From Negaprion brevirostris (taxonomy: Eukaryota), in assembly GCA_030324005.1 (NCBI GenBank), contig JARDVH010000073.1, forward strand, positions 80,449,127 through 80,513,126: a stretch of 64,000 bases of DNA. The letters are read 5' to 3'. Below, piece after piece: positions 40,111 to 53,980 of the stretch. Positions within the stretch are counted from its first letter, which is position 1, and each line of letters begins with the position of its first letter. The position numbers and the translations under genes are program-made. The notes under the pieces were generated by a model. It had not been told where the DNA came from. It saw nothing but the letters and a program-made list of their open reading frames with translations, and did not search any database.

Positions 40111-40559
40111 TAACACCCCACCTCCAATCTTTGTTTCCTTCTCCAAATGTGTTTGGAGAGAAAAGTGTTGTCACTATCAAGTTTCTCATCCATTTCTCTG
40201 CAACACCATGGCTGAATCTCTCCAATCTGGTTGTGCCCTTCCCATGGCATCAAAATGGCCCTACCAAAGTCACAAGTGACATTAGACATTACTGTAGTAC
40301 CATCCATTCTCAACTTCTCTGAAATCTTTGATATTGTTTTGATCACACAACACTCTTCTGTTTTTCAGCCTGGTGGGAATATGCTTGAATAGCCTTATCC
40401 GATTGCAGCGAGAACATACTCCAGATTGACTACTTTGCCTACCCAGTACCAAAACTTAGAGTATTTTGAGGATCCATTTCTGGTCCCTTTCATTCGACCC
40501 CCAATACTGTTATTCCAGAGTGCCTCAAGATGCATCTTTGGCCTCGTCCGGACAAATAA

Positions 40560-40925
40560 AAAGACCATAAGATGTAGGAGCAGAAGTAGGCCATTTGGCC
40601 CATTGAGTCTGCTCTACCATTCAATGAGATCATGACTAATCTGATGATAATACTCAACTCCACTTTCCTGTCTTATTCCCCCCCAACTCTTAATTCCTTT
40701 ATTGATTAAAAATCTATCTCAGTCTTTAAAATATTTAATGACCAGCCTCTACAGCCCTCTGTGGTAAAGAATTCCACTTGATGAAATTTCTGCTCATCTT
40801 TGTCTTAAATGGGCGATCCCTGAGTTTGAGATTATGTCCTATGATCCTAGACTCTCCCACATGGGGAGGCAACATCTCAGCATTTACCCTGTCAAGCCCC
40901 CTAAGAATCCTATATGTCTCAATAA
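40560..40925 (-). mobile_element. CR1 LINE 3' fragment
   Basis: Tail AAGACCATAAGATGTAGGAGCAGAAGTAGGCCATT followed by ORF2 C-terminal sequence. Confidence 0.8.
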
Positions 40926-41715
40926 GAAAAACTCTACTTTTCCACCACTTCCATGGCCTGTGCTGTCAAACTGCCTGTTGGACATACAGCCATGGAAGTG
41001 TGATAAGGTCCTCCAACTAAACACTGGAAAAACTGAATCATCTTTGGTTCCTGCTTCAAACTTCACACTCCTGCCACCATTGTCACCCTCTCAGACTGAA
41101 TCAGACTCTTCTCAACCTCAAAGCCCTCAGTTGATCTTCTAACCCCTATCTCTATCTATCATAGAAACTGCCTATTACAACTTTTGTAATATTATCTATG
41201 TCTAGGTCATCATCTCTTGGCTCTTATCCATGTCTTTGTCACTTTCAGGCTTAACTAATATAATGTTCTCCTGGCTGGCCTTGCATCCTCCAGCTCTGTA
41301 AACTTCAGTTCATCAAAAACTCTGTTGCCCTAAGCCACAGACATACAATGGTGGCTGAACCCAGCGTTTCTAATTTAACATTTTCCTTCTGACCTTTAAA
41401 TCCTGTCAAGCCTCACCCCTTTCTATCTCTACAATCTCCTCCAATCCTACAATTCTACTAACTATGTATATCTCCGACTTTGGCTTCAGATGCATCCCAC
41501 ACCTTCTCTTTCCCATACTGCTGGCAGCTCCATAGCATTGGGATCCCTTCCCTCAGCTCCTCAGGCTCTCTAACCCTCATTCCGCCTTCAAGAAACTCCT
41601 TAAAAAAACGCTGTTGGTTATCCCTCCTGATATGTTTTGGCTTGGTGCCAGTCTTCTTCTCTAAAGCACTGTAGAATTTTCTGTATCCTAAAGGTATGTT
41701 CTAAATGAAAACTGC
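40926..41715 (+). mobile_element. L2 LINE 3' fragment
   Basis: LQLNTGKTE motif (ORF 40834-41142) and KLQFIKNSVA-like segment, typical of L2 ORF2. Confidence 0.7.
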
Positions 41716-41722
41716 TATTTTG

Positions 41723-41975
41723 TGTTCATTCATGTGTGTGGGAGTCACTGGCAAGGCCATCATTGACTGCCTATCCTGAAATTTGCCCCAGAAGGTGGTG
41801 ATGCTTCTCCTTCTTGAGCCACTGCAGTTCATGTAGCGTAGGTACATCTACAGTGCTGTTAGGCAGGAAGTTGCAGGATTTTGGCAAAGTGAAGCAATAG
41901 AACTATGGCATGTGACTTGGAGGGGAACTTGCAGGTGGCAGTGTTCCCATGCACCTGTGCCCTTGTTCTGCCAGA
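41723..41975 (-). mobile_element. LINE 3' end sharing its tail with the SINE at 33875; further LINE internal pieces at ~46270-46720
   Basis: TTCATTCATGTGTGTGGGAGTCACTGGCAAGGCCATCATTGACTGCCTATCC. Confidence 0.55.
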
Positions 41976-44900
41976 TAGATGATTAATGGTTGGTGGATGT
42001 TAGCCGGCTCCTCTTAGAAGGCAGGCTAGTGGGAGGTCTGAGTTCACCTTTTGATAAAATGAAAAACCATGAGTGACCAGATTAATGAGCGTTTTAAATT
42101 TTCTTCTCTCTATATTATTGTTTTGCAATTAAAATGAAAGTTCCAGAAGTTTGTAGCACTCTTACTCTCCACCAATCTCTCAGCTGTTTAAAAATGTAAA
42201 GCAAAAGATTTTTGAACAGTTTTTGTCCAAGTCCCATGTGACAGGATGCCTAAAATACAACACAAATTAGTTCAATTTGCCAACCATTATTCAGAGGAGC
42301 ACAAAAGCTTTGAAGCCAGTGTGCTGAATACATAAACCTATATACATTTTACACATTTCTGTGAAAGTCCCTTTGCCCAGTATTTCAATGAAAATAATGC
42401 ACTGTAAAAGTAATTAAGTCAATTAAAACATTTTCATTTCACCACTGATAGTGCAGTAGTTTCAGTGTAAGAAGCAGGTAGAAGTGGAGTAATTTATTTA
42501 ATTCATACTGGCTAAGTTTGGTTGTATGGCCATGCACTCTGGTTGATAAGATCATTCAGACCACCACAACTCAGAAATACACAGGAACAACCTAGCCATT
42601 GCAATGGACGTGTGTTTGATTGAACTGTTTGGATATTTTTTCCTGCGGATCATTTGAAAATGTGACGTGTGGATGTGTGTCATTTTTAAAACAAAAAGGC
42701 CAATCTGTGATGTGGAGGTGTTTATACAAGTTTTCAATTGATTTTATTAGCAAAGGNNNNNNNNNNNNNNNNNNNNNNNNNGATGCTATCCAAAATATAG
42801 CAACTCTGAACATTAAATATTTCATTCCGTTATTACCTGATGAAGATCTTTGATAATGCAATATCACAAGATCAACTTGTATGTAGAGAGAAAATTTTAT
42901 GATAATAATTATAGCAATGAGAGAAAAGAAACATTTCTTTGACAAAAAGGCAATTGTTTTTGTGAGAAAGCCTTGCCAAATTTCCTGTGGTTTTGGGGAG
43001 GAGAAATGGAACAGCCATGTGATGTGATGAACCACTATGACACAATCCAATTCACTGCAGATAGTGTTAACAAATTAATGTATTTTCTAATATATTTTCC
43101 TGAACGTGTGACCATTACACTTGTGCTGTTATCATGGGTTGAATCTTTGCTGTGGACATGGGAAACAGCAGCCAGGTCTGATTTGGGGTGATGATTCTGC
43201 CTCTGATCAAAGTTCAGATTTTCACAGAGCGAGTCCTGAATTGATAGGAAGACAGGTTCCCTGTCCACCTACAGCCAGTGAGGGAGGAAATGGAGGCAAG
43301 ACAGATGAAGTATGGAATTCATTTAGATAGCCCACAACAGCCATTACCATGGCTGCTGGTAGTCCTCAGGAAGAGAACTGCTGATTGTTCCAAAGCCTTT
43401 CACAGCATGAGAAGGAAGTGAGATGTTACAGGTGACAGGAAGCCTGGCACCCAAGGCAAGGACCGACCCTAACCACCTATATTGACCTGGATCTAATGCT
43501 CAAAACCAGGAGGAAGAAATGTTCTCTTTCAGGAGCGTGGCAGAGGACACAACCTTGGTATGTAGCAGGGGCACCTTGCTGTTTAGCATTTTCTTATTCT
43601 GTCTCATCTTCCTCTTTTACCTTAGAGTCCACACAAATCTAGAAGAACACATGATGGAGAATGTAGCAGTGTATGATATTGACTGAGATCCTTACAGGAG
43701 GATACTGAAGGGCACCACTTAACTGGTCCAGATGTCAAAATCGTATCTTCAACTGTTGTCCTACTAAGTAGTTGACATCGGTTATATCATACCTGAACCT
43801 GCTTGGGGCTCCTGTAGATGGGTCAGTAGCCATTTCTTCAATCAAGGATTTTCCTTATCCATAAGGACCCATTTTGCACATTGGATTGAAGATTGGAGCG
43901 AACCTGGACTAAAGAGGTTGAGGGAGTCATGGCAGCTGTGAGGAAAGCAAGCACACGTGTGTGTAGCTCTTCTTGTGGTTACAGACTAGTTGGACACTGT
44001 GGAAGTGAAAGCCCTTGATGGACCACATTGGCTATTGACAGGGCATATTGATGCCACATGGGTGCACTGGATGATGCTGTGCCCCTCAGGTATCTAGCAA
44101 TGGAGGTGAAACCACTACTTCTATGAGGGTGTGTCAGTTATGAAATAAATATTCTGACAAAGAAGGCATCAGTGATTATCATCTGGAGCTCATCCTTGGA
44201 AGGAGCCAGAAGAATTTCAATGCCACCGTGACTTTGATGGCTTGTAACAGGACATGGTAACTAGTGCTCGTCAGCTTTAATGGCACAGACTACCAGGAGA
44301 GCACAGTCTCCTGTGGCACTGGGTCTTGGTCACCTCCAGCATTGGTTCCATCATTAGCATTCAATATTGTGTTGAGGGCATAGCCTCTGTTACCTTCCTG
44401 CCCTTTTTTCCTCTCCCTTGACCTCACGCTGTTTGGGGTTCTGCTCTCCCTGCAATGCTGCTTGTGCCTTTTTTGCAATGAGCACAACATCTGACAGTTA
44501 TACACACATTTCCAGCTGGAGCCTTCCTTCTGGTTAGGTTGTTGCCCAATTGTCCTTGGCAACCATGGCCCGGCTGTTCAACTGCTGCAATGCCAGGGGG
44601 TTTCTGACCTAATTCAACGCCCTGGTGCTGTATGCTTACTCTTCCTGCCACCTGTGCAGGGCCGATGGCCCTCCGACCAAGTGCCCAGTCCCTCATTTCT
44701 CTGCCAATACTCTAATGGGGTTGTAGTGATGCCCAGAGCCAGTCATGACCCTACTCACCCAACCCATGCTTGCAAAATCCAAACAAAAATGTTTACTGCT
44801 GGACAATCCTAAAAGTGCATTAATAGCTACATTCACAACCAAGTTAAGATCAAGCATGTATACAGTTCATTTACATTTGCTGGAAGAGACATGCATTCAC

Positions 44901-46914
44901 AGACAGGGACCCATTCTCTGCAAACTAAAGGAATGTGTTCATGTCTTGCAACCCATTGAAATTACCCATGAACTTTCAGAACTTTAGTTCCTGACTGCTT
45001 TCTCCGGGTCAATGTTTCAGCCAATCAAAGTCGACTTGTTAATTAAGCTGCTCCCTTTTTTCCTGGAGTCTAAGTTGTGAGATCATTTGAAATTTTGCAT
45101 TTGTCCCAATGAGTACAAAAAAAGCTTCCACAACCTGTCTTTTTCCAGCAAGATTCAAGTTCTGTATGACCAAGCAACTGTTGAAATTAAAAGCATTATC
45201 CATGGAGAATTTTACAGTTCATCAGTGCAGCCAGAGTGTTAAAATATGGGTACACTGATCTCCATAGGCAAGTGTTTACATAATATCAATAAAGTCTTTT
45301 TAACAATTTGGTTGGAGATGCTGGGAAAAGAGCTGTCTCTTAAAAGTCATTGGAATAAATTCAGTCAGCAGTTTCTGCTTGTAGGAAATGACTATAGCAT
45401 TTAAGATCTTTTACTTCTTTCTGGATTGAATGGGGAGCTAGAAGAAATCCTATGCAAATTCCAGTGCATTGCTTAACTGTTGAATAAGTCACTACTTGTT
45501 CCATATAATAACATCATAATTGCCAACCAAAATGGAGATGATTGGATAATTCCACCATCAATAATGCCTGGAGACTACAGTGCTGTAGGTGACTGAAATT
45601 GACTTCATGCATATACTGTATATAATCTATCTTCTGCTCAATTGTGCCTTATCTTGGAGAAATTGTTGCTATTTTGGTCATGCTTTCATTCTGCACGCTG
45701 CAGTTTGTAAATTCTCTTCATTAAATAGACTTTGTAAATAAACCTTTTTAGCTGTAAAATAAAACTACTTGCTGTAAATCTTGCCTCACCTCCGATTCAC
45801 TGGCTGACAGAATGGTGGCTGGTTTGGGTTCTGGGGTCTGGGAAGGGGAAGTGCATGAAAGGGTAGAGATTGTGCCCAGTGGCTCTGGGCTATGGTTACT
45901 CAGTATGGAAGGTAGTAAAGAGAAAAGCCTGTTTTGGGTGGCAAGAGATTCAGACCGTTGATCAACATGACAGGTGATGTGCGCAAAAAAACTGTGTTCA
46001 AATAAAATCTGGAATAATAACAGCTATATTATGCACTGTGTTTAAGGGTATGTTTTATTTTAGTGAGTATAAAATAATTGATAGTGCATGATAATATTGT
46101 GAATAGTACAACGTAAAGCCAAATTGAACCATGGACTTATAAAATATATTTTGTAAAATATAACTTCTAGTCACTGCACACTCCATGGCATAATGTGTTG
46201 AATGCTGCAAACTGTCACATGTTGTATTAAAACATGTACAGTATGCCACAAAATGTATATTTGCCATTTATCAGTTCAAGCCCAGATGTTGTTTAAATAT
46301 TGCTGCATGTGGGCATGGACTGCTTCATTATCTGAAAAATTAGGAATGTAGTTGAACAATATGCAATCATTAGTGAACAGTGCTACTGATGGAGAGAAGG
46401 TTATTGATGAAGCGGAAGACAACTGGATCTAGAACACTCCCCTGCAACAGTAATCTATGGCCAACATGATTGCCTTCCAACATTCACACCTGCCTTCTTT
46501 TGTACTAGATATGACTCCAACCATTGGAGAGTTTTCTCCTTGATTCCTATTGACTTCAAATTTACTGGGGCTCCTTGATGCCTTGATACTCGGTCAAGAT
46601 ATTAAGGACAGCCACTTTCATTTTGATCCATATTTGGACCAAGGTTATAAAGAGGTCTGAAGTCGAGTGACCCTGGTGGAACCAAACTTAACATTGCTGA
46701 GCAAGTTTCTGGTGAATAAATAATATTCAATATATATGTTATGCTGTATTTAATTTTATATATTGAACATCATGTAATTAGAAGCATATTGCAAAGTGTA
46801 TCCCACTTATCCGTTGCTGGAAAACCCTGCACAGTACATCAAGTACATCAGCCCTACATCACTATCATCTTCAGAACATTTTTGCAGATGTGATAACATC
46901 ACTACAATGTTACA

Positions 46915-47325
46915 CAAAATCTTTACATGCATGGCACAGAGGGGACCACTCAGCCCATCGAGTCTACCCTGGCTCTCTGAAAGAGCATTCTATTTACTCT
47001 CACTCCCCTGCCTTATGCATGTTCTTTCTTTTCAGGTAGCAATCCAATTCCTTTTTGAATTCCTCAATTGAACCTGCCTCCACCATCCTCTCAGAATGTT
47101 TGTTCCAGACTCCAATCACTCTCTGGGTGAAAAAAAATGTTTCCTCACATCGCTCTTCCCTCCTTGTGCCAATTATTTTCAATCTGTGCCCTTTAATTCT
47201 TGATGCTCTCTTGACTGGTAGCAATTTCTCATTGTTTACCCTGTGCACACCCCTCAGGATCTTAAATATCTCTAAAATTCCCCCTCTGCCTCCTTTTCTC
47301 CAGAGAAACAGTGCCAACCTCTTCA
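46915..47325 (-). mobile_element. CR1 LINE 3' fragment
   Basis: ORF 47000-47326: LEIFKILRGVHRVN..KGHRLKI..FFFTQRVIGVWNK..VEAGSIEEFKKELD. Confidence 0.88.
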
Positions 47326-48010
47326 AGGAGAATAAAACATATTATCATCTAATTTAAAAATAAAATTTTGTAAAATATACAGAAAAAATAAAAATTTTGG
47401 AATGTCAGTAATGTACATAAAGGTCTGAAGTTGGCTTAAATCAGTCCAGCGGTCATAGTTAAGCATCAATTACGTTGGATTACAGAGAATGGATATGTTC
47501 CTGATCAGTTTCATTCTGTGTTTCCTGTGGGAGAGTGCAGGTGGATGGTTAGACCTGCAAGAGGGCTTGTAATTGATAGTCACAATGTTGCATGCAGAAT
47601 ATTGTCAATTTCAATAATTGGTTGACAGTCCATTTAGCTGTGTGGCATTAGTACACAAAAGCTTGGTAACTCTTTCAGCCCTGAACACAATAATACTCCA
47701 AGTGTACAATGAGGTGGCAGGACTGGACTCAGCCGAAATGTCCCCCAGTGATTGAACAGCTAGCTGACACAATTAAGCATCGTCATTTGGATAAGTGTCT
47801 TATAGGTTGGCACCCATGTAATTGAACCTCTACAAGAGATACCACTTTCACCAAAGGCAAGGAAAGAAACAAAGACCAAGGTGTCCCCTGGACATTGCCA
47901 CTTTGCCTCTTGGGCAGTGCCGGGAGGTCAGACTGTCTTTGGCAAATTGGCAATCCTAGTGTTGGTTTAGCTGTGTGGCGTTAGTGTACAAAGGCTTGAT
48001 ACACAAGCAA

Positions 48011-49073
48011 GGGGTGATTGTCCCAGCCTGCTGAGCAGCTCTGGCAGCACAGCAGGCCAGGAGACATCAGCAGAGGCTTGTAGCAAGCTTCCCGCTGAGC
48101 GTCACGGCCTTGGCACATCTCTGGCCACTGGATTAAATTATTTAAATCGGGATTTTCATCCCATTAGGGAGCCCCGGACTGAAGTCTCTGGGCCTGCTAG
48201 CATCTCCCCCTCCACCCAGTGCCAGGAGAGTTTTACTCCAGCAGGGTTTACAACAGCTTCCCATCGCAGGGAGCTGGCGGCCCAACCATNNNNNNNNNNN
48301 NNNNNNNNNNNNNNNNNNNNNNNNNNNNNNNNNNNNNNNNNNNNNNNNNNNNNNNNNNNNNNNNNNNNNNNNNNNNNNNNNNNNNNNNNCGTCCCATAGC
48401 AGGGAGCTGGCGGCCCAACCATGCTGGGGTAAAGGATGGGCATGAAGGGTCCCCCCAGAAGAGTGAAGGTAAATGGATGCTGCTCCCTGGGCATTGCCAG
48501 TCTGGCAGTGTCAGCCTGGCCCCATGGCACTGCCCAAGGGATAAAGTAGCAACGTCCAGGGGACATCTTGGCAGTGCCCACCTGGCATCATCTTGGGGCG
48601 ATCATTGGGAGTGGGGATGTCCCACTTCCATTGTGCATTTGGGATTGTAGGCAGAGGGAGGGAATACAGTGATCGGGGCTGGCCATCGGGGGTTGGGGGA
48701 GGATAAGAAGATCAAGACTGCCGGGGAGAAATTGAGGCTGGCCCGGGCACATCCAGAAGGCCAAAGATCAAGCCGTGGGGGGATGGGAGGGGCAGCAATG
48801 CGGGGTCGCCGGGCTGGCCAGCGATTGGGAGGGCATCAGTGTGGGGCTACTGCACATGCGCTGATCATGGCGCTGACAGATCAGCACATGTGCAGTGACC
48901 CGCACAGCGCTATGCTGCGAGTTTCTCCAGTGGGAATAGTTCCTGTCCCCAGCTTTTCATTAAGATTCACACTGGTGTTCTCTGTGATGCATAGAGTGTC
49001 AGAGATACATTTTGAAAATCTGTTTTTTACATGAATTCGACACTTAGAACTATTTTGGGGAGAATTCCACCCA
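48011..49073 (-). mobile_element. GC-rich Harbinger-like non-autonomous DNA transposon (same family as 32000-32768)
   Basis: TIR-like ends GGGGTGATTGTCCC... and ...GGGAGAATTCCACCC; subterminal similarity to the 32000 copy. Confidence 0.65.
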
Positions 49074-51801
49074 TTTCTGGGTTAAAATATGCCAAATAAT
49101 TTAGTTACTAAATATCAATGCAGTTTCATGTTTTTGCCATCGGATGTCACTAATGCATTACATTTTCAAATCGTGCTAAAGTCAGTTGGAGATGAAACAA
49201 CAGCGCCGTATCCACTGGCACACCTGAAATCCAGTACTGGATTCATCAAAATTGGATGCCAGAAATGAAACAGAAATCTAGTCGTGTTCATTACGTGGCT
49301 CATTTTACCCTTGCTAGAAGTGACATATATTCATACTCAGGGAACTGTTCTTTACAAACGAAAGGAATNNNNNNNNNNNNNNNNNNNNNNNNNNNNNNNN
49401 NNNNCCTTCTTTTTGAACATATAGTTTCACTGTTGTTTTCTCCATGACAATGGCCAACTTGTGAACCAATCAACATCTCTTTTTTCCATAGTATAAATTG
49501 CCACAATGGTTTGAAGTTTGACATTCATGCATTTGTCCTAATGAATGTAAGACAAAAAACGTTGGCAAATGTCTCTCTGTTCAGCAACATTAAAGTTCTT
49601 TACTACCAAGCAACAGTAGCCTACATGTATTACGAACACTATTGTCTGTCCGTGAATTAATGACAATCATTCAATTACAAGATTCAGATCCCAAACAGTG
49701 AAGCCTGGATTGTAACTTGGGACAATAGTTTACAGGCCCCAGGGGTGCGGCAAATTATCCTAACCACAGGCCTGAGAGATTTTAACTCCTGGAGTTAAAC
49801 CTAGTCACATTTCTGTCCCCAAATCAGCAGAATTGGCACCTATATGGACTGCAATGTTGTGTGGCAGGAACATGCTGTTGGATAATACAGAAATAGCCCT
49901 GGGAATTCAGGACATCATCGGAAGGCATTTGTGAGGCCTGCTCAGAACAGGCAAAAACTGAACTTTTGGGAATAGAGCGGGATCATGGTGGGTTGGTCCT
50001 AAAAGGTGCTTTTCATTGCTTGATCACCCAGCATCTGTTGTGCCGGAAAGCTTAAAATAACAAGTGAATTTTGCTGTTGTATCATGCAATGCCATTGGAA
50101 GCTCATGATTAGATTGTTTGTGTTTTACCATACATTGACAATCATTTTCAAGGTCCAACAAATCTTGTAATCCCATGCAGGAATAGCGAAAGTTGTTTTT
50201 ATGATAAATAAAGCCAGAATCATTTATCAATGACAGTCATTTAAGAATTTGAAATGTTTCCTTGGGAAACAAACTATTCCGTCCAACAAGCACATCTCAT
50301 TCTGATTCATTTAAAAGCACCCACCATTCACCATGACTGCAAACCTACAGGCAGCAATCACTAATTTCCGCAATATTACCTCTGCTTCACATCTGTTCTT
50401 TAAGAAAACTTCTATGGAATCTTTGTAGACACTTATTTAAACCTAGGTGTGATTGCACTTTGGTGATCAGTTATATAATCATTATTATCATTGCAGACTT
50501 CGGTCTTTTGCCAAGGATTTTTCTTGTGCATTATATTCACGACTACTGATTTGGCTGAATATTGTTTCTTTTCCAGATATGCCACTGCAACAAGAACATT
50601 TTTTTATTGTTTAAAAAGAGGATCTGAACTTACTGTTTTGACCCCAATGACCCTTGAACTAGAAGCCAGGGCAATGAACGGCCTTATACTTGGGGTGGTC
50701 AGCAAGATGGAATTTGACTGATGGACAGTATACATGCGAGACACACCATCATGTAAACAGTCCAAGTTCTGTGTAGACTGCAGCCTTTGTAAAGTCTGTG
50801 AGCGTAAAGACTCATGGTTGTTGAGGTCTTTATTTTGGTGAAGTCTGAACAAGGTCTCAAAAGACTGGAATGGAACCAGAAATTTGGCAGCGTGAGCAGG
50901 ATTCACTGTTGCAGGTGGAGTGGATTAATCAACCACTGAAGACTATGGAGGAATGGGCATCAAAGTGACTGACTGAAGCATCCACCCTTGTGTAAGTTAT
51001 TCAGAGACTTGGTAATGTATGTACCAAGGGGGAATTTTACCAGTTTAAGGTCCTGTCATGGAACAGCCTAATTTAAGATTTTTCAGTCAGGGGAGCTGTC
51101 ATAGAACAGACAAATTTGGGGTAATTATTTATACTTAAAGAAGTTTCTTTTATCTCTTCTTGGGAGATATATATACACACAGGACACTCACCAAGCATTT
51201 TCTCCTTCAAGAAAGTTATCTTCCCTTTTCGTATCAGTTAAAATTGTTTCATCATTATTTTGTCATTATTTGAGAGTATCCGGTAGTGTCAATCATTCCA
51301 GTTATGAACAGAGTACTGCAACGAACCTAAATGAAAGTCACAAGGGACTCTCACACCCTTAGATAACCATTAGCAGCTGCACCACTTTAACCACCTCATG
51401 GACAAAATTTCACACTGCATAGTTATTTTTCTGAAATATAATTTCTCTGAGGGTCAAACAATAAATGTAAACCATTTCTCCCTTGCAGTTCTCAAGCCTC
51501 TTGAGTGCAATAACTCCTCCTGCATATTCATTATATTCTGTATAAATCACTTGAACCCTTTGATTACATTAGAGCCTCCAAGGTGTCAATTTATATTTGC
51601 ATCAGTTGTCTGATGTTGTCACTTGTACATAATCCGCAGGGAAAACTTGCTCCAGAATGGATTAGTGCGATCCACGTTCTTTAGGATGAATTGATTCCAC
51701 AGTTTTCTAGCAAAGGTTTTGTCATTTACCCTAATAAGGATGGAATAAAACTGAAAATGAATTGAGAAACTCAGCGAATCCTAGCCATTCATCAGCCTCA
51801 C

Positions 51802-52066
51802 CTTCAAATAGGAATGTCTCATTCCAATGTGGGTTTAAATTCTTTCTTTTCACCTTAGTTTCTAGCTTGTGTTTTTTGTCAGGGAGCAGGTAGATTTTAA
51901 CAAACGGATCACTGGTACCGCTAAAGTCCTTCGCTGGCAGCTCTACAGCCTTCATTATTTTAACGGTGAAGGTGGACTCCTGGAAATTGTACCCGACACT
52001 GAACTGAATACGGCCCAGATTCTCACGTGAGCTTCCCTCATGGTCGTCCTCAGAACCCGGTGACAA
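51802..52066 (-). CDS. SYT7: Synaptotagmin-7 coding exon (linker end + first part of C2A: [31 protein letters not shown]...[12 protein letters not shown])
   Basis: Translation is near-identical to vertebrate SYT7. Acceptor ttttttccAG at 52068-52067, donor GTGAGG from 51801. 265 nt, ends in phase 1, matching the next exon. Confidence 0.97.
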
Positions 52067-53389
52067 CTGGAAAAAAGGAAATACAAATGCTTAGTTCACA
52101 GGCTTCACCTGCAGACTCATATGGTTCTGAATTCCTGACACGCTTCTCTAGGTTCCGATGTAAATATGAATCACTGGAAGAGTTTACATGGGCCCTGAAA
52201 TTTCCTTCCTATGCCTCGCTGCTTTTAAAATGTCTTACGCTTGTCCTAAATTTGGTTCAGTGTCAAACACTACTTGTTAACACTTGCAAAACATTTCAGT
52301 ATGTTAAATTATATAAATGCAAAAAGCTGTTGTATAAGGTATTTATTTGAACATATGGTTCTTGACACTGACTTCCAGTTATTTCCATTGTTGGAAACGT
52401 GGTATTGTTTTTCATCACATATTATCTGTGAGAGAGAACAAACACAAAAGAACCACACAGCAATAAATTCAATCAGGTAAGCTTAGACAGTTTCAACCCA
52501 ATGTGAATGTGTCCACAAACAAAATGGTCACTCATTTGGCAATAATTTGTGTTGATTTCTTATCTTATTCTTGATGATCACAGAATGGTTGATATTAGAC
52601 ATTGAAAACCACTTCACTGCTGGAGTGAGGATTGGTGAGTCCCTGTCATATTGCTGGCGAAGCAATAGTGGAAGCTTTTCATCCTACCACTCTATACTTG
52701 ATAGGGAAAAATTTTGACATTGATTCTGGGTGTCCGAGATGGAAAGTACTCCATTCCTTATTACTAACTCCCCAGACACAAATATCCACAATAAAAATTA
52801 ATGATGAAATAATGAGAACTTGAATGCTTAATATTCATAATTTTATGCCCTTTTTAGGGGTCATTAGAATAGATCAAATGAAGGAATTATATTTATCTTA
52901 AGGGTCTGTGGTAGTTGTTTTCTGCCTGTGTCTCGTTAGAGATGCAATTAATGCATAAAACACAGTGTTATTCAATTAAAAAGGAAGACTATTGACTCTT
53001 TCTGGAAAGTACATGGATATGGTTATTCAAGAGAGTAGGACTGCAACAGCCCCAAGGACTACCCCATCTCAAATAAACTTCTTGGTTTTACTCTCCCAAA
53101 TTCATATGTGAAGAATTATTTGGGTGAGGAACTGGAGAGCTGCTACTGCCCATAAAACCATACCCCAACAAGAATCAGTATTTCCAGGAAAAAAAATGTG
53201 GATAAAACCAGACAGAACAATTTATCAATTAAAATACAGAACATAAAAAATAAGTACAGAGGCTCCATGACTGATATTTGTTCTCTGTTCCATTATCATA
53301 ACTCAGAATGAAAGAGCATTGCAAAAGTACATATAACTTAATGTTGAGATTGGTCTTGAACACAATCAATTAAGGTATTTATCACATAG

Positions 53390-53514
53390 GATGGGATTTT
53401 CCATCCGCCCTCGCCCCGAAACCGGAAAATCCCACCCAAGGTCAACTGATCTTTCCATGATCCGCCCCTCGCCGGCTATGATTCCCATGGGGGTCGGAAT
53501 GGGCAAATTCGCTA
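53390..53514. mobile_element. Short Harbinger-like MITE
   Basis: GGGATTTTCC..GGAAAATCCC internal palindrome; related pieces at 59355-59430 and 39826-39970. Confidence 0.55.
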
Positions 53515-53634
53515 CGTGGTCTATCATGGGAATTTGAATTTGATACAAAATCTGGTATAATTCCATTAGATGCAACAAACTCCCACTTTGATCTATCCTG
53601 TATATTACACATTCTAGTCTTGTGATATCCTATG

Positions 53635-53980
53635 TATTACTGAAAAAGAGAGACTTTTTTGGTTGAGGTTTTTCGTCAGCACATTGGAAAGAATACAATG
53701 CAAGGGAAATCAACAAATTTATTCTGTATGAGTAGACTGTGTTGATTGGTTGGTTACTGGACTCAGATTGGTAGAGGTGTTGCCATAAATAATGTACCAG
53801 TTGCATTCTATCAGTCAGAGTCTACTTGCCAATCAATCCGCACTCTCTTCTCGTACAGCATTAATTTATTGATTTCCATTGCATTGTGATCTTGTGAATG
53901 GCCTGATCAGTGCAACATGAAAGGTTTAGAAAAAAAATGTCTCTTTTTCAACAATACTCAATTTCTGTACTGCCAAACTA
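53635..53980. repeat. Palindromic (hairpin) Penelope-derived repeat with degenerate hammerhead motif
   Basis: Left arm TATTACTGAAAAAGAGAGAC..ATGCAAGGGAAATCAACAAATTTA..GATTGG pairs with right arm CCAATC..TTAATTTATTGATTTCCATTGCAT..GTCTCTTTTTCAACAATA. Confidence 0.7.

Noticed and set aside
43330-45000. GC-richer stretch with several 80-90 aa ORFs
   Set aside because: No recognisable motif or splice-bounded exon; probably old unclassified transposon sequence.
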